Origin: an uncultured bacterium
Lineage (GTDB): Bacteria; Fidelibacterota; Marinisomatia; Marinisomatales; JAHJCW01
Reading direction: 5' to 3'
Assembly (NCBI GenBank): GCA_964634215.1
Contig: CAZWKR010000009.1
Location: 10,764-74,763 of the forward strand
Length of the DNA: 64,000 nucleotides
The notes below the pieces were generated by a model. It was given only the letters and a program-made list of their open reading frames with translations. It ran no database searches and was not told the DNA's origin. Made by a program: the position numbers and the translations under genes. This document shows positions 29,363 to 38,947 of this stretch, in pieces (within the stretch, counting starts at the first letter, position 1; each line of letters starts with the position of its first letter).

Positions 29363-29704
29363 TTATGAAATGAGTGTATGGAGATTCTTTACAAACGATG
29401 ATTTTGGCAGGATGATATCGCAGCCTGCGGCTTTTAGCCGATCATAAGTTTCTTTATGGATTACTTTCATATATCCTGCAATTTTCATATTTTTATTGAT
29501 ATTTCGTAATCCTGCGATAAAAGCAACCGTTTGAAAGACAGAATCGTCTAAATCTAAAATAACTAATCTTGTATCATCATTGATCTGTGACAGGCCAAAC
29601 CGTTCACCTTCTGCAAACTTAACTGACATGTTTTGGTCAGTTAATGCTTCGGAAATTTTAGTCCCTAAACGAAAATTCTTTACAAATAGTAGTATGTCTG
29701 TCAT
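29363..29704 (-). CDS. Small receiver-like (pseudo-receiver) protein, hypothetical
   Basis: 113 aa with a CheY-like beta/alpha periodicity: ILLFV, LVILDLDD, IAGYM, IILPKS. It lacks the N-terminal acidic pair. This is a weak call by eye. Confidence 0.35.
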   Translation of the reverse strand: MTDILLFVKNFRLGTKISEALTDQNMSVKFAEGERFGLSQINDDTRLVILDLDDSVFQTVAFIAGLRNINKNMKIAGYMKVIHKETYDRLKAAGCDIILPKSSFVKNLHTLIS

Positions 29705-29728
29705 TGTGCTTCTACTCCCTGGTAGTTA

Positions 29729-30571
29729 TCAAAATCTTATTGTATCTTTCTTTTTATAATGTTTCCCATCATGTTGAATTGTACAAGCTATGATATCGGG
29801 ATCGTGCTCAAAAAATAACATCCAATTCTTATCCACTGCACTATGGTAAAAATGTTTTTTCTCTTGTATTGTGACAATTGGTTGTACATCGTATGCCATT
29901 ACCCATGGTGACGGAATATGAGTAGACGTTGGAATTAAATCTGCCCCATAAACCAGAGTATTATTATTATCTGAAATAACCGGTAGCATCATGCCAGGTG
30001 TATGTCCATCTGAAATGATTATATCAATATTAGGCAAGAATTGCTCTGTTCCATTCACAAAATTTATCATATCGTTCTCAGCTAAAACAGTCCAATCATC
30101 TTGCATAAAACTACCTTGATCTTTTTCACTTGGCGAATTGGCTGTTTGCCAATTAACCTGACTCATCCAATATTTTGCATTTGGAAATGATGGTACAATT
30201 TTCCCATCTTCAATTTTAGTATTCCCACCGATATGATCAAAATGTAAATGTGTACAGAAAACGTCAGTAATATCATTAGCAGTAAAACCAATTTTTGCTA
30301 ATGATGATTCTAAATTTACTGATATAGTATCAATTTCATATATTTTTTTGAACTTCTCCTGCCATTTATTTCCATTGCCCGTATCAATTAAAATTCGTTT
30401 ATCTTTATTTACTAACAATAATGATCGGGTAACCATTTGAATACGGTTCAATTCATCGGATGGCATCTTTTTGTTCCACAATGTTTTAGGAATAATACCA
30501 AACATTGCTCCACCATCTAATTTAAAATGACTAGTGAGAATTGGGTATAGATCGTATCCAGCTATATTCAT
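29729..30571 (-). CDS. MBL-fold metallo-hydrolase
   Basis: HLHFDHIGG (HxHxDH) motif. 280 aa. Confidence 0.8.
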   Translation of the reverse strand: MNIAGYDLYPILTSHFKLDGGAMFGIIPKTLWNKKMPSDELNRIQMVTRSLLLVNKDKRILIDTGNGNKWQEKFKKIYEIDTISVNLESSLAKIGFTANDITDVFCTHLHFDHIGGNTKIEDGKIVPSFPNAKYWMSQVNWQTANSPSEKDQGSFMQDDWTVLAENDMINFVNGTEQFLPNIDIIISDGHTPGMMLPVISDNNNTLVYGADLIPTSTHIPSPWVMAYDVQPIVTIQEKKHFYHSAVDKNWMLFFEHDPDIIACTIQHDGKHYKKKDTIRF

Positions 30572-30592
30572 GATTCTAATAAAGCTACTACT

Positions 30593-31069
30593 CTACCCAC
30601 CATAATGCCAGTTAGTATCCGCCATAGTAAGTAAATCAATATCTTGGCGTAGAATTGTGTTTACAACTTCACAAATAAATATTGGATGATCACCCTTATC
30701 AATTATTTCAATAATTTTAACTTCCAATATCATCGGGATATCATCTAATATTGGATTATTTAGGTCACTCCAATTAATACTATATCCATTAATAGAATTT
30801 TTTGATTGATCTTTTATTTTAAAAAATGATGATACGATTGATAACTGTTCTTTGCTAGGAAAGTGAACAGCCAAATATTCATTTTTTTCTGCTACTTTGT
30901 ATAAAGAGGAATCTTTACGAATTGCTACAACAATATATGACGGATCAATAGAAATTTGTGTAACGAAAGAAATAACAGCTCCTGTACCATTATCCCCATC
31001 TTTTGTAGTTACAATAAAAAGTCCACCTGGAATTTTTCTCAGTATAGTTTTCTTATGCTCAAGATTCAT
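30593..31069 (-). CDS. Flavin reductase-like domain protein
   Basis: 158 aa with the pattern GLFIVTTKDGDN.TGAVISFVTQISIDP typical of the Flavin_Reduct family. Confidence 0.65.
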   Translation of the reverse strand: MNLEHKKTILRKIPGGLFIVTTKDGDNGTGAVISFVTQISIDPSYIVVAIRKDSSLYKVAEKNEYLAVHFPSKEQLSIVSSFFKIKDQSKNSINGYSINWSDLNNPILDDIPMILEVKIIEIIDKGDHPIFICEVVNTILRQDIDLLTMADTNWHYGG

Positions 31070-31070
31070 T

Positions 31071-32759
31071 TTATTTAATCAATAACATTTTTTTTGTTAA
31101 AGTGGTGCTATCTAGTATTAAATTATAAATATAAACTCCTGAGCTGACAGGATTTCCATTGTTGTCTGTTCCATTCCAAGCAATGCTCTTCATCCCGGGA
31201 GTTTCAATATGATTTGCTAACTTGATTACTTCCCGACCCAATATATCGTATATAATTAATTCTACATGAGATTTCTGTTTCAAATCATAGTCTATTGTTG
31301 TCGAGGAATTAAATGGATTTGGATAATTTTGGTATAATTCAAAAGTACCTGGAATCATAAAGTCTACCGCCATTAATGAATCAATATTTATATTTATTGC
31401 TTTCCATACATCAATTACACCATAACCATACACATTATTTGGAGTATCCGAGTTATTGGCGGTTGCCATTAGGGCAGCCCTCACCATCATAGGTGTCCAA
31501 GATGGATTAGCGCTTAATAATACTGCTGCTGCACCCGCTACTAATGGTGTTGATAAAGAGGTACCGCTCGCGAAACCATATGAAACACCATTACCAGATG
31601 CACTTGCGGTACTTACGCCCCTAGCACACACTTCAGGTTTAACTCTGCCATCATAAGAAGGACCATGCGAGCTAAAACCTGCTATTGTACCCAAATTATC
31701 TACAGCCCCAACAGATATTACCGAGTCAGCATCCGCTGGTGCGATGATATGATTCCATATGTCACCATTCTCGTTTCCTGCAGCAGTAACACATAACATA
31801 CCCATACTTGTTGCTATATCAACTGCTTTTGTTGTAACTGCAGTATCGCCATTCATATCTTCCCAAGTATACCAATCGGTGTAACCAAGTGATGATGAAG
31901 CAATATCTGCTCCAAGTATTTCACCCCATTCTAATGCTCGAACAAAGTGATCTTCCTCAATTTGAATTTCTTGATCATATATTTCAGTCTTTGCTAAAAG
32001 AAAATCTGCTCTGAAGGCAGGACCGACTAGTGTACCGGGGGCATATCCACCAAGTGCTGAAAAAGTGGCTGTCCCATGATTATGTTGGCTTGAGACATCT
32101 TGACCATCTTCATTTTTAGTGGTTGAATCATCATTTATCACATCCCATTCGGCAATCACATTTAGCGAATCGAAAACGGGATGGTCTAAATTATAACCGG
32201 TATCTAACATTAAAACTGTTACTCCTTGGCCATAAAATCCAGCATCATGTGCCGTAAGTACATTAATTTGTTCTAACTGCTCTTGTGCATTACCGTAATC
32301 AATATCACTTATTGATCCATATTTTTGTAAGCTTCTATTCGGTAGTGTTTCTTCAAAATTCTTGCGATGAAATAGATTTACAGATTTAATTTCCTTTACA
32401 AATGGCATATATGATATTTCGATCAATTCGTTTTCTGTGCATTCAATTGAAACTGCGTTTAACCATCTGCTTTTATTTCTGAGTTTTGCTCCTGTATTTA
32501 TAACTTTATTAATATAATCCCCAGATGGACTTTGATCGTACCACTCGTAATTTTTATTTGGGTTTACCTTATTACGTCTATTTAATGTTTTCTGAGAAAT
32601 AGTTGGTTTCTCAATACTTTTAGTTTTGTCAACAAAATATATCCATGCATGGTATTTACCATTATCTCGAATTGCAGAGTCCATTTTTTGCAATTGATGT
32701 ACTTGTCCATGGGAAAAAAATGATAATACAAAAAAGATTGTTATAATATATTTATACAT
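31071..32759 (-). CDS. Secreted S8 (subtilisin-family) serine peptidase with T9SS C-terminal sorting domain
   Basis: Signal peptide. Catalytic triad contexts are MLDTGY (Asp), HGTATFS (His) and SGTSLSTPLVAG (Ser). The C-terminus YQNYPNPFNSSTTIDY...GVYIY is a T9SS type-A CTD. Confidence 0.85.
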   Translation of the reverse strand: MYKYIITIFFVLSFFSHGQVHQLQKMDSAIRDNGKYHAWIYFVDKTKSIEKPTISQKTLNRRNKVNPNKNYEWYDQSPSGDYINKVINTGAKLRNKSRWLNAVSIECTENELIEISYMPFVKEIKSVNLFHRKNFEETLPNRSLQKYGSISDIDYGNAQEQLEQINVLTAHDAGFYGQGVTVLMLDTGYNLDHPVFDSLNVIAEWDVINDDSTTKNEDGQDVSSQHNHGTATFSALGGYAPGTLVGPAFRADFLLAKTEIYDQEIQIEEDHFVRALEWGEILGADIASSSLGYTDWYTWEDMNGDTAVTTKAVDIATSMGMLCVTAAGNENGDIWNHIIAPADADSVISVGAVDNLGTIAGFSSHGPSYDGRVKPEVCARGVSTASASGNGVSYGFASGTSLSTPLVAGAAAVLLSANPSWTPMMVRAALMATANNSDTPNNVYGYGVIDVWKAININIDSLMAVDFMIPGTFELYQNYPNPFNSSTTIDYDLKQKSHVELIIYDILGREVIKLANHIETPGMKSIAWNGTDNNGNPVSSGVYIYNLILDSTTLTKKMLLIK

Positions 32760-32837
32760 AATTTCACTAATTAAATTATTCTATAGCTGATAAGTTCACA
32801 ATTATTTATGAATCTATCAAATAGAAGTTTTTAAAAC

Positions 32838-32863
32838 AAAAAACCCGAATATTCGGGTTTTTT
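32838..32863. terminator. Rho-independent terminator downstream of maeB (symmetric hairpin)
   Basis: Perfect palindrome aaaaaacccgaat/attcgggtttttt, flanked by A/T runs on both sides. Confidence 0.8.
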
Positions 32864-32890
32864 GTTTTATTTTTAAATAGCTAACTATTT

Positions 32891-35149
32891 TTAACAGATT
32901 TTTTCTGATTGCGCATCCAAAACGGCTATTGCAGTAATATTAACAATATCTTGTACTGTACTAGCAAATGCTTGTAATACATGTACCGGTTTTGACATAC
33001 CCATGAGTATTGGTCCAATTGCTGTCGCTCCACCCAGTTGTTCTAATAATTTGTAGGATGTATTTCCAGACATTAAATCCGGGAATATTAATACATTGGC
33101 TTCAGATTGTAACACTGAGAACGGATATCTCTTTTGTAGTATTTCTGTCGATACTGCAACATCAGCATGCATCCCACCATCTACTAACAATTCAGGATCC
33201 TTACTATGAATTATTTCAATCGCTTTCATAATTTTATCATATTGCGGATGTTTTATGCTACCAAAGTTGCTAAAACTCAACATTGCCATCCTAGGTGTGA
33301 TTCCAAGTCTCCGAGCTTCTTGTGCAGTGAGCATCGCAATTTCCGCCAATGTTTCGGCATCCGGGTCGATATTTACAGTAACATCAGCAAAAATTTTCAT
33401 TTTATTTTTAAAAGCTAAAATATGCATGCCGGCTACATGCTTGACACCATCACAAGTTTTCAGGACTTTAAGTGCAGGACGCAATATATCAACATAATCT
33501 TGAGCAACGCCCGAAACCATACCATCAGCATCACCATTTTTCACCATCATTGGTCCAAACCAATTTTCCTCTCTTATCCTCTTAAACGCTCTTGTTCTAG
33601 TCATTCCAGTACGTTGACGTAACTTATAAATCTGTTTTTCATATTCAGAACATTTCGGAGAATCCGACGGATTAACCATTTCTACACCATCCAACTTTAT
33701 GCGTAACCGCTTTGCCTCAGCCTTAATCTTATCGGGATCACCTAATAATATTGGGATGGCTATTTTTTCGGAGATTATTTGACTACTTGCACGGATGATT
33801 CTTTCCGATGTACCCTCCGGAAATACAATTCGCTTTGGATCCTTTTTAGCTTTGTGAATGATGGTACGCATTAACTCGCGACCTCGACCTAACCGTGCCT
33901 CCAATTGATCTCTATACTCATCAATATCAATTATTTTCTCAGCTACTCCACTATCCATAGCAGCTTGAGCAACTGCCGAAGCTTCCCAAATTAATACTCT
34001 CGGGTCAAAAGGTTTTGGAATTATATAATCAGGTCCATATTCAAGATGGGTAGCCCCATAGACACTCATTACCTCATCCGGGACATCCTCCTTGGCAAGT
34101 TTCGCTAACGCTATAGAAGCAGCAATTTTCATTTCTTCATTGATCGTTTTTGCCTGTACGTCTAAAGCTCCACGAAATATAAATGGGAATCCTAAAACAT
34201 TATTTACTTGATTAGGATAGTCTGAACGACCTGTTGCCATAATCACATCGTCACGTGCAGCTTTTGCATCAGGATAAGTTATTTCTGGATTCGGATTTGC
34301 CATGGCAAAAACCATCGGCTTATCTGCCATAGACTTAACCATCTCTTGGGAAACAAGTCCCGCTCGGGATAATCCAACAAAAACGTCTGCCCCTACCATT
34401 GCCTCTTCAAGAGTGCGTAATTTTGTGTCAACAGCGAACTTCTCTTTGTACTTGTTGATACTATCTTTGCGACCTTTATATAAAACTCCTTTACTATCAC
34501 ACATAATAATATTTTTGAGTTTAACTCCAAATCGCAGATAATGCGTTGCGCACGCAATAGCTGATGCCCCGGCACCACTAATAACAATTCTAATTTTGTC
34601 CATCTTTTTATTAGTCAGTTCTACAGCATTTACCAAAGCCGCTGCCGAGATTATTGCTGTCCCATGTTGGTCATCATGGAATACGGGAATATTCATTTCT
34701 TTTATTAAACGTTTTTCTATTTCAAAACATTCTGGTGCCTTAATATCTTCTAAGTTTATTCCGCCAAACGTCGGTTCCATTAATTTTACTGCATTAACAA
34801 TCTCATCTATGTTTTTTGAGTCTAATTCAATATCAAATACATCAATATCGGCAAACCGCTTAAACAACACACCTTTTCCTTCCATTACTGGTTTTCCGGC
34901 CAATGCACCAATATCGCCCAATCCCAATACTGCCGTACCATTTGATACGACTGCAACAAGATTAGCGCGTGCGGTATAGATATTGGCAAGACTTGGATCT
35001 TTTTCAATCTCAAGACAGGGATCTGCCACGCCAGGAGTGTACGCAAGCGATAAATCACGTTGAGTAATACAAGGTTTTGTTGCAACAACTTCTATCTTTC
35101 CAGCTCGGCCAGTGGAATGATAGTCTAAAGCTTCATTTTTTGTTACCAT
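32891..35149 (-). CDS. maeB: NADP-dependent malic enzyme with C-terminal phosphotransacetylase-like domain
   Basis: 752 aa. An N-terminal malic-enzyme region (YTPGVA, GTAVLGLGDIG, VISGAGASA) is followed by a PTA-like domain. Confidence 0.9.
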   Translation of the reverse strand: MVTKNEALDYHSTGRAGKIEVVATKPCITQRDLSLAYTPGVADPCLEIEKDPSLANIYTARANLVAVVSNGTAVLGLGDIGALAGKPVMEGKGVLFKRFADIDVFDIELDSKNIDEIVNAVKLMEPTFGGINLEDIKAPECFEIEKRLIKEMNIPVFHDDQHGTAIISAAALVNAVELTNKKMDKIRIVISGAGASAIACATHYLRFGVKLKNIIMCDSKGVLYKGRKDSINKYKEKFAVDTKLRTLEEAMVGADVFVGLSRAGLVSQEMVKSMADKPMVFAMANPNPEITYPDAKAARDDVIMATGRSDYPNQVNNVLGFPFIFRGALDVQAKTINEEMKIAASIALAKLAKEDVPDEVMSVYGATHLEYGPDYIIPKPFDPRVLIWEASAVAQAAMDSGVAEKIIDIDEYRDQLEARLGRGRELMRTIIHKAKKDPKRIVFPEGTSERIIRASSQIISEKIAIPILLGDPDKIKAEAKRLRIKLDGVEMVNPSDSPKCSEYEKQIYKLRQRTGMTRTRAFKRIREENWFGPMMVKNGDADGMVSGVAQDYVDILRPALKVLKTCDGVKHVAGMHILAFKNKMKIFADVTVNIDPDAETLAEIAMLTAQEARRLGITPRMAMLSFSNFGSIKHPQYDKIMKAIEIIHSKDPELLVDGGMHADVAVSTEILQKRYPFSVLQSEANVLIFPDLMSGNTSYKLLEQLGGATAIGPILMGMSKPVHVLQAFASTVQDIVNITAIAVLDAQSEKIC

Positions 35150-35278
35150 AATATCCTCTTTTTAGGAAAAATCTTTTAAAATTGACTATAAAATTTAACA
35201 GTATTAAATAATAAAAAACGAGTAAAACAGGATTTATTTATCCACTATTATTTTGTCTGATAAAATAGCTGTGAAATA

Positions 35279-35941
35279 TTAGTTTTGTATTGAATAGAAT
35301 GTCTTATATATTTGTCGTAATCTGCCTGCTGTCATTCCGATTCCATAAATTATTATGCAATAGAATAATAAGTTTGAATTCAAAGCCCAATCAACTATTG
35401 CTAACATCGTTATCACATTCATAGAATCTGGATAACGAAAAAGGGATTGAATAAATCCTCGTCTTTTAATATCTAATCCACTGTTAGTTGATGAAATGAT
35501 TTTTTCGGTTTTTATTGTAAATAATGCCGCTAGAAATCCAGCTATAAGCGTTAAAATCTGTCCGGTCTCTAAAAATAGACCCAACCCTAATCCAAAATAG
35601 TAAAATGGGATTACTATCATATGCCCAATTAAGTCCAAGAATTTTCCGCTTTCACTCTGTTGGTTTTTCCATCTAGCTACTTCGCCGTCGCTACAATCTA
35701 AAATGTATCCTAGTTGTAAAAACAATGCTCCCAAGACATATCTTCCAAAACCAAATAGAATTGCTCCAATTACACCTAATATCTCCTGAAGAATTGTTAC
35801 TTGGTTTGCAGAAATTGGTGTTCGAACAAATACCCATGTAAATAAAATGGAAATTGGTCTTACTACATATTTGGCGTACGGTTCAGGTTCAACATCCTTT
35901 TGAACAATTTTTTTAAGATTTTTTAATGTTGGGCCAGTCAT
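35279..35941 (-). CDS. CDP-alcohol phosphatidyltransferase-family membrane enzyme (DIPPS-like small form)
   Basis: Signature D-CS-DG-EV-AR-x8-G-KFL-D-LIG-H: the family motif DxxDGxxAR..G...D...D with the last Asp replaced by His (manual alignment). About 6 TM. It overlaps the upstream nucleotidyltransferase by 4 nt. Confidence 0.75.
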   Translation of the reverse strand: MTGPTLKNLKKIVQKDVEPEPYAKYVVRPISILFTWVFVRTPISANQVTILQEILGVIGAILFGFGRYVLGALFLQLGYILDCSDGEVARWKNQQSESGKFLDLIGHMIVIPFYYFGLGLGLFLETGQILTLIAGFLAALFTIKTEKIISSTNSGLDIKRRGFIQSLFRYPDSMNVITMLAIVDWALNSNLLFYCIIIYGIGMTAGRLRQIYKTFYSIQN

Positions 35942-36666
35942 TTATAAAAAACACTATCTATTAACGATTTAGCTTCTTCAAAATCTTCTAAAAAATCAAT
36001 TTCTTTGCTTGGCAGATCTGACACATCTTCGTAATAGAGTGCATTTTCTGATAACAACGGGTCAATCGCAGCTTCAAAATAATCCGATTTACCTCCTGCA
36101 TAAATCAGATTGTTCAAAGATTCAAAAAACTCTTTCATAAACACATCTGAAAATTTAGCAACGCCGATAAATTCCCCTAACGAATTTTCTTCTATTAGTT
36201 TTTTCCCTATCGCAACAATGCGATTATTCTCACCTTCTATGACCTTAACCTCCTCCTGACCACATTGTTTAATTTCAACTGCTAGGAGATTTTTTTGTTT
36301 TGAAACTACTAAGCGTTTTAGTAACTCGATTGGAAACAACACATCTGCATTCATTAATAAGATATCATCATCACGGGCAATTTCTTGACACAACCATACT
36401 GAATAAGAAGTATTTGTTTCAAAAAAATGATGATTGGTTATTACTGATAATTTAAAATCACTATGGTTTTTATTAATATGATCAATGAACAACTCTTTAT
36501 AGTAACCTAATACAAGTACTATTTCAGATATACCTATTGATCTTAATGCATCTAATTGATAGTCAATTATTGGTTTATTATTAATTTTCAGTAAACTTTT
36601 TGGTGTGTCCAATGTTAATGGATACAACCTACGGGACACTCCAGCTGCTAGGATTATTGCTTTCAT
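35938..36666 (-). CDS. Nucleotidyltransferase (LicC/IPCT-like alcohol- or sugar-phosphate cytidylyltransferase)
   Basis: N-terminal MKAIILAAGVSRRLYPLT...PKSLL is the NTP-transferase signature. 242 aa. Confidence 0.75.
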   Translation of the reverse strand: MKAIILAAGVSRRLYPLTLDTPKSLLKINNKPIIDYQLDALRSIGISEIVLVLGYYKELFIDHINKNHSDFKLSVITNHHFFETNTSYSVWLCQEIARDDDILLMNADVLFPIELLKRLVVSKQKNLLAVEIKQCGQEEVKVIEGENNRIVAIGKKLIEENSLGEFIGVAKFSDVFMKEFFESLNNLIYAGGKSDYFEAAIDPLLSENALYYEDVSDLPSKEIDFLEDFEEAKSLIDSVFYK

Positions 36667-36675
36667 GCCATAAAT

Positions 36676-37818
36676 TTACGCAGTATTTGTGCTCACATTC
36701 TCTGAAAGAATGTCATCAATTATCATTTTTATTCTATTTGACGTTTTACCATCACATTTATAAAAATATTTTTCCTTATCTTGCATTACGTTATCAATCC
36801 TATCTTGCGTTGGATTTAATGCATTATAAATAGCATCTTTTAACTGTAAAGGAGAATCTATATGAATAAATGAATTCTTTAGGAATTTATCATCGCGTAA
36901 TAGTAGCGGTTCATCATCAGTATGTTTCAAATTATTATCATTTAAGTCATAAACTATACCAACTTTATTAGTAATTAAGAATTCTGAAATAGCACCCGAT
37001 GCCTCTGAAATAATAGTATCAGCAACAGCATACAACGGAACAATATTATAGTTGTCACGAGGAATTAATACAGCATGATCATACTGCGATATTCTTTTTT
37101 TAACACTCTTGCTCTGATTGCGATTAGCATATTTACCCATCCATGAATAATGATGAAGCTTGATAATTAAATTATAATCTTTTGTAGCATTAAATATTTC
37201 GTCCTTTAAATCATATAACGAAGTCGGTTTATACGTTGGTGCATAAAGGATTGTTTTCTTGCCATGATCAAGGCCAAGCTTGGATAATATTTTTTTCTTA
37301 TTAAACTTGTTATTAATAATAGGATCTATTTTTGGAAAGCCTACAATTTTAGTTTCTGAAGAACCAAGGCAATCTGCATCGGTTAGTTTATCGACTGCAT
37401 ATTGGCTTTCTGCAAATATTAAATATTTATCGTTTTTATGTTTTCTCAGTTCCCTAAATGTAACAGATTTATTAAAGATCGGACCATGATAAATCATACA
37501 AATTATACTACTCTGATAATTGCTGCCTTTCACTACATCTGAAACAAAAACAACATCGAACTTTTCATTTTTTTTTGCTGTTCTTACATTGTTATCGATA
37601 AATTTTTTTAAATACTCCTTATTTTTTTTTCTCCTAAATATTCCAAAATGATAATCAAAATCATGAGATAATGTAACTGCAATATCATAGCTTTTATCAT
37701 GACTAAATATTTCAATTACCGGTTCTAATGCAGGTAAATGGTATAAATAATTTAATTTGAATAATATTTTTTTTGATTTGGTCATTTCTATTGGGAGACT
37801 AACTGTCGAGTTTTCCAT
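36676..37818 (-). CDS. CDP-glycerol glycerophosphotransferase family protein (TagB/TagF-like)
   Basis: Glyphos_transf hallmarks are present: ILYAPTYK, HHYSW, and ISEASGAISEF near the C-terminus. An alternative start at 37785 (MTKSKK) would remove the 31-nt overlap with the upstream gene. Confidence 0.75.
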   Translation of the reverse strand: MENSTVSLPIEMTKSKKILFKLNYLYHLPALEPVIEIFSHDKSYDIAVTLSHDFDYHFGIFRRKKNKEYLKKFIDNNVRTAKKNEKFDVVFVSDVVKGSNYQSSIICMIYHGPIFNKSVTFRELRKHKNDKYLIFAESQYAVDKLTDADCLGSSETKIVGFPKIDPIINNKFNKKKILSKLGLDHGKKTILYAPTYKPTSLYDLKDEIFNATKDYNLIIKLHHYSWMGKYANRNQSKSVKKRISQYDHAVLIPRDNYNIVPLYAVADTIISEASGAISEFLITNKVGIVYDLNDNNLKHTDDEPLLLRDDKFLKNSFIHIDSPLQLKDAIYNALNPTQDRIDNVMQDKEKYFYKCDGKTSNRIKMIIDDILSENVSTNTA

Positions 37819-38813
37819 CTATTCAATTTATCAATCATATTAAATTTATTTTTAGATGGTCGTCCATTTGTCAAAATATTAGATACTGCATCTACCATTC
37901 GCTCGGATGATTTACCATCATTATATGGGTGTAATTCATCGAGATAAAACATGCGACTATCTTTAAATTCATCCGGGTCATTAAGTGCACGAACTATTGC
38001 CCCTTCTAAATCTAAGGATGAAAAAATATTAATTCCTTTATCGACTCGGGTTTTGGCGTTAAATGTTATTATAGGTTTGTCAAAAAGTAGGTATTCATAT
38101 GCAACAGACGATGTATCCGTTAGTAAAACATCCGATTCAGACATATTTCGCAATATAGTGTGATCAGTAACCATTCTGAAATTATCACTCTCTAAAAATT
38201 TATATTGTTCTACCAACCGATCATCCATTAATTCATGAAACTTAATAATCCAGTTATAATCAAGATTTTGGAGAGATTTTATCGTATCGAAAAGTTTATA
38301 GGCAGAAGTTAGTTTTTTACTAAAGGTAGGAGCATATAGAATTGTTGGATAATTGTTTTTAAATATTGACGATTTGAAATCCTCCCAAGTATTTCTATCG
38401 TCTAATTTAGGCCAGCCTGTTTCTATAATTATATATTTTCCATTTTTGTTTTTATTTTTAAATTTATTAGTAATAAATGGACCTGGTGTACAGTACACAT
38501 CAAAAAGTCCATTTAGACGGTAATGGCCATGTTTTTCTTCACCTAAACCATGAAATATTTGAATTTTAAGTCCAGACCAATGAGATGGTACGACATTGCC
38601 TGGTGCAAATATTACATCTGGATTGTATTGCATTACCTTTTCATTTGTCTCTAGCCAAATATCTTTTTTTAATCCAAAGCGATTATTAGTAGTAGAAAAC
38701 CAATACACTTCTCCACGATCATTATTTAAAATTAAATCGTATAATGGTTTTAATATTGGATATGAATAATCCTTTGTTAAGAAAAGTAAATATTTAGTTG
38801 CTTTATTAGCCAT
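37788..38813 (-). CDS. CDP-glycerol glycerophosphotransferase family protein (TagB/TagF-like), second copy
   Basis: ILYAPTFS, KFHE and LLTDTSSVAYEYLLFDKPII match the TagF-family C-terminal catalytic domain. Confidence 0.75.
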   Translation of the reverse strand: MANKATKYLLFLTKDYSYPILKPLYDLILNNDRGEVYWFSTTNNRFGLKKDIWLETNEKVMQYNPDVIFAPGNVVPSHWSGLKIQIFHGLGEEKHGHYRLNGLFDVYCTPGPFITNKFKNKNKNGKYIIIETGWPKLDDRNTWEDFKSSIFKNNYPTILYAPTFSKKLTSAYKLFDTIKSLQNLDYNWIIKFHELMDDRLVEQYKFLESDNFRMVTDHTILRNMSESDVLLTDTSSVAYEYLLFDKPIITFNAKTRVDKGINIFSSLDLEGAIVRALNDPDEFKDSRMFYLDELHPYNDGKSSERMVDAVSNILTNGRPSKNKFNMIDKLNRWKTRQLVSQ

Positions 38814-38947
38814 TTAAGTAATATCGAATCAATTGCTTCACCGGAAACTATATGAACCAAGTATTCTTGATGTTACTAAATAATTAGTAATAACATATTG
38901 TAACCTGGTAAATTTACCCTACTTGATTAAGTATACAAATTTTCTTA

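Noticed and set aside
37568-37630. Two T9 runs (A9 on the coding strand) inside the TagF-like gene, as possible phase-variation tracts.
   Set aside because: They encode Lys-rich stretches (KKK). A/T runs of 7-9 nt occur throughout this AT-rich window (for example at 27521, 39071, 49701, 51350), so they are not distinguishable from background, unlike the G10 tract.
38873-38890. Palindrome TTACTAA-ATAA-TTAGTAA in the divergent region between the TagF-like gene and the sulfotransferase, as a possible operator.
   Set aside because: It is a pure A/T-rich 7-mer repeat in a region of about 20-25% GC. There is no regulator gene nearby, and chance occurrence cannot be excluded without conservation data.
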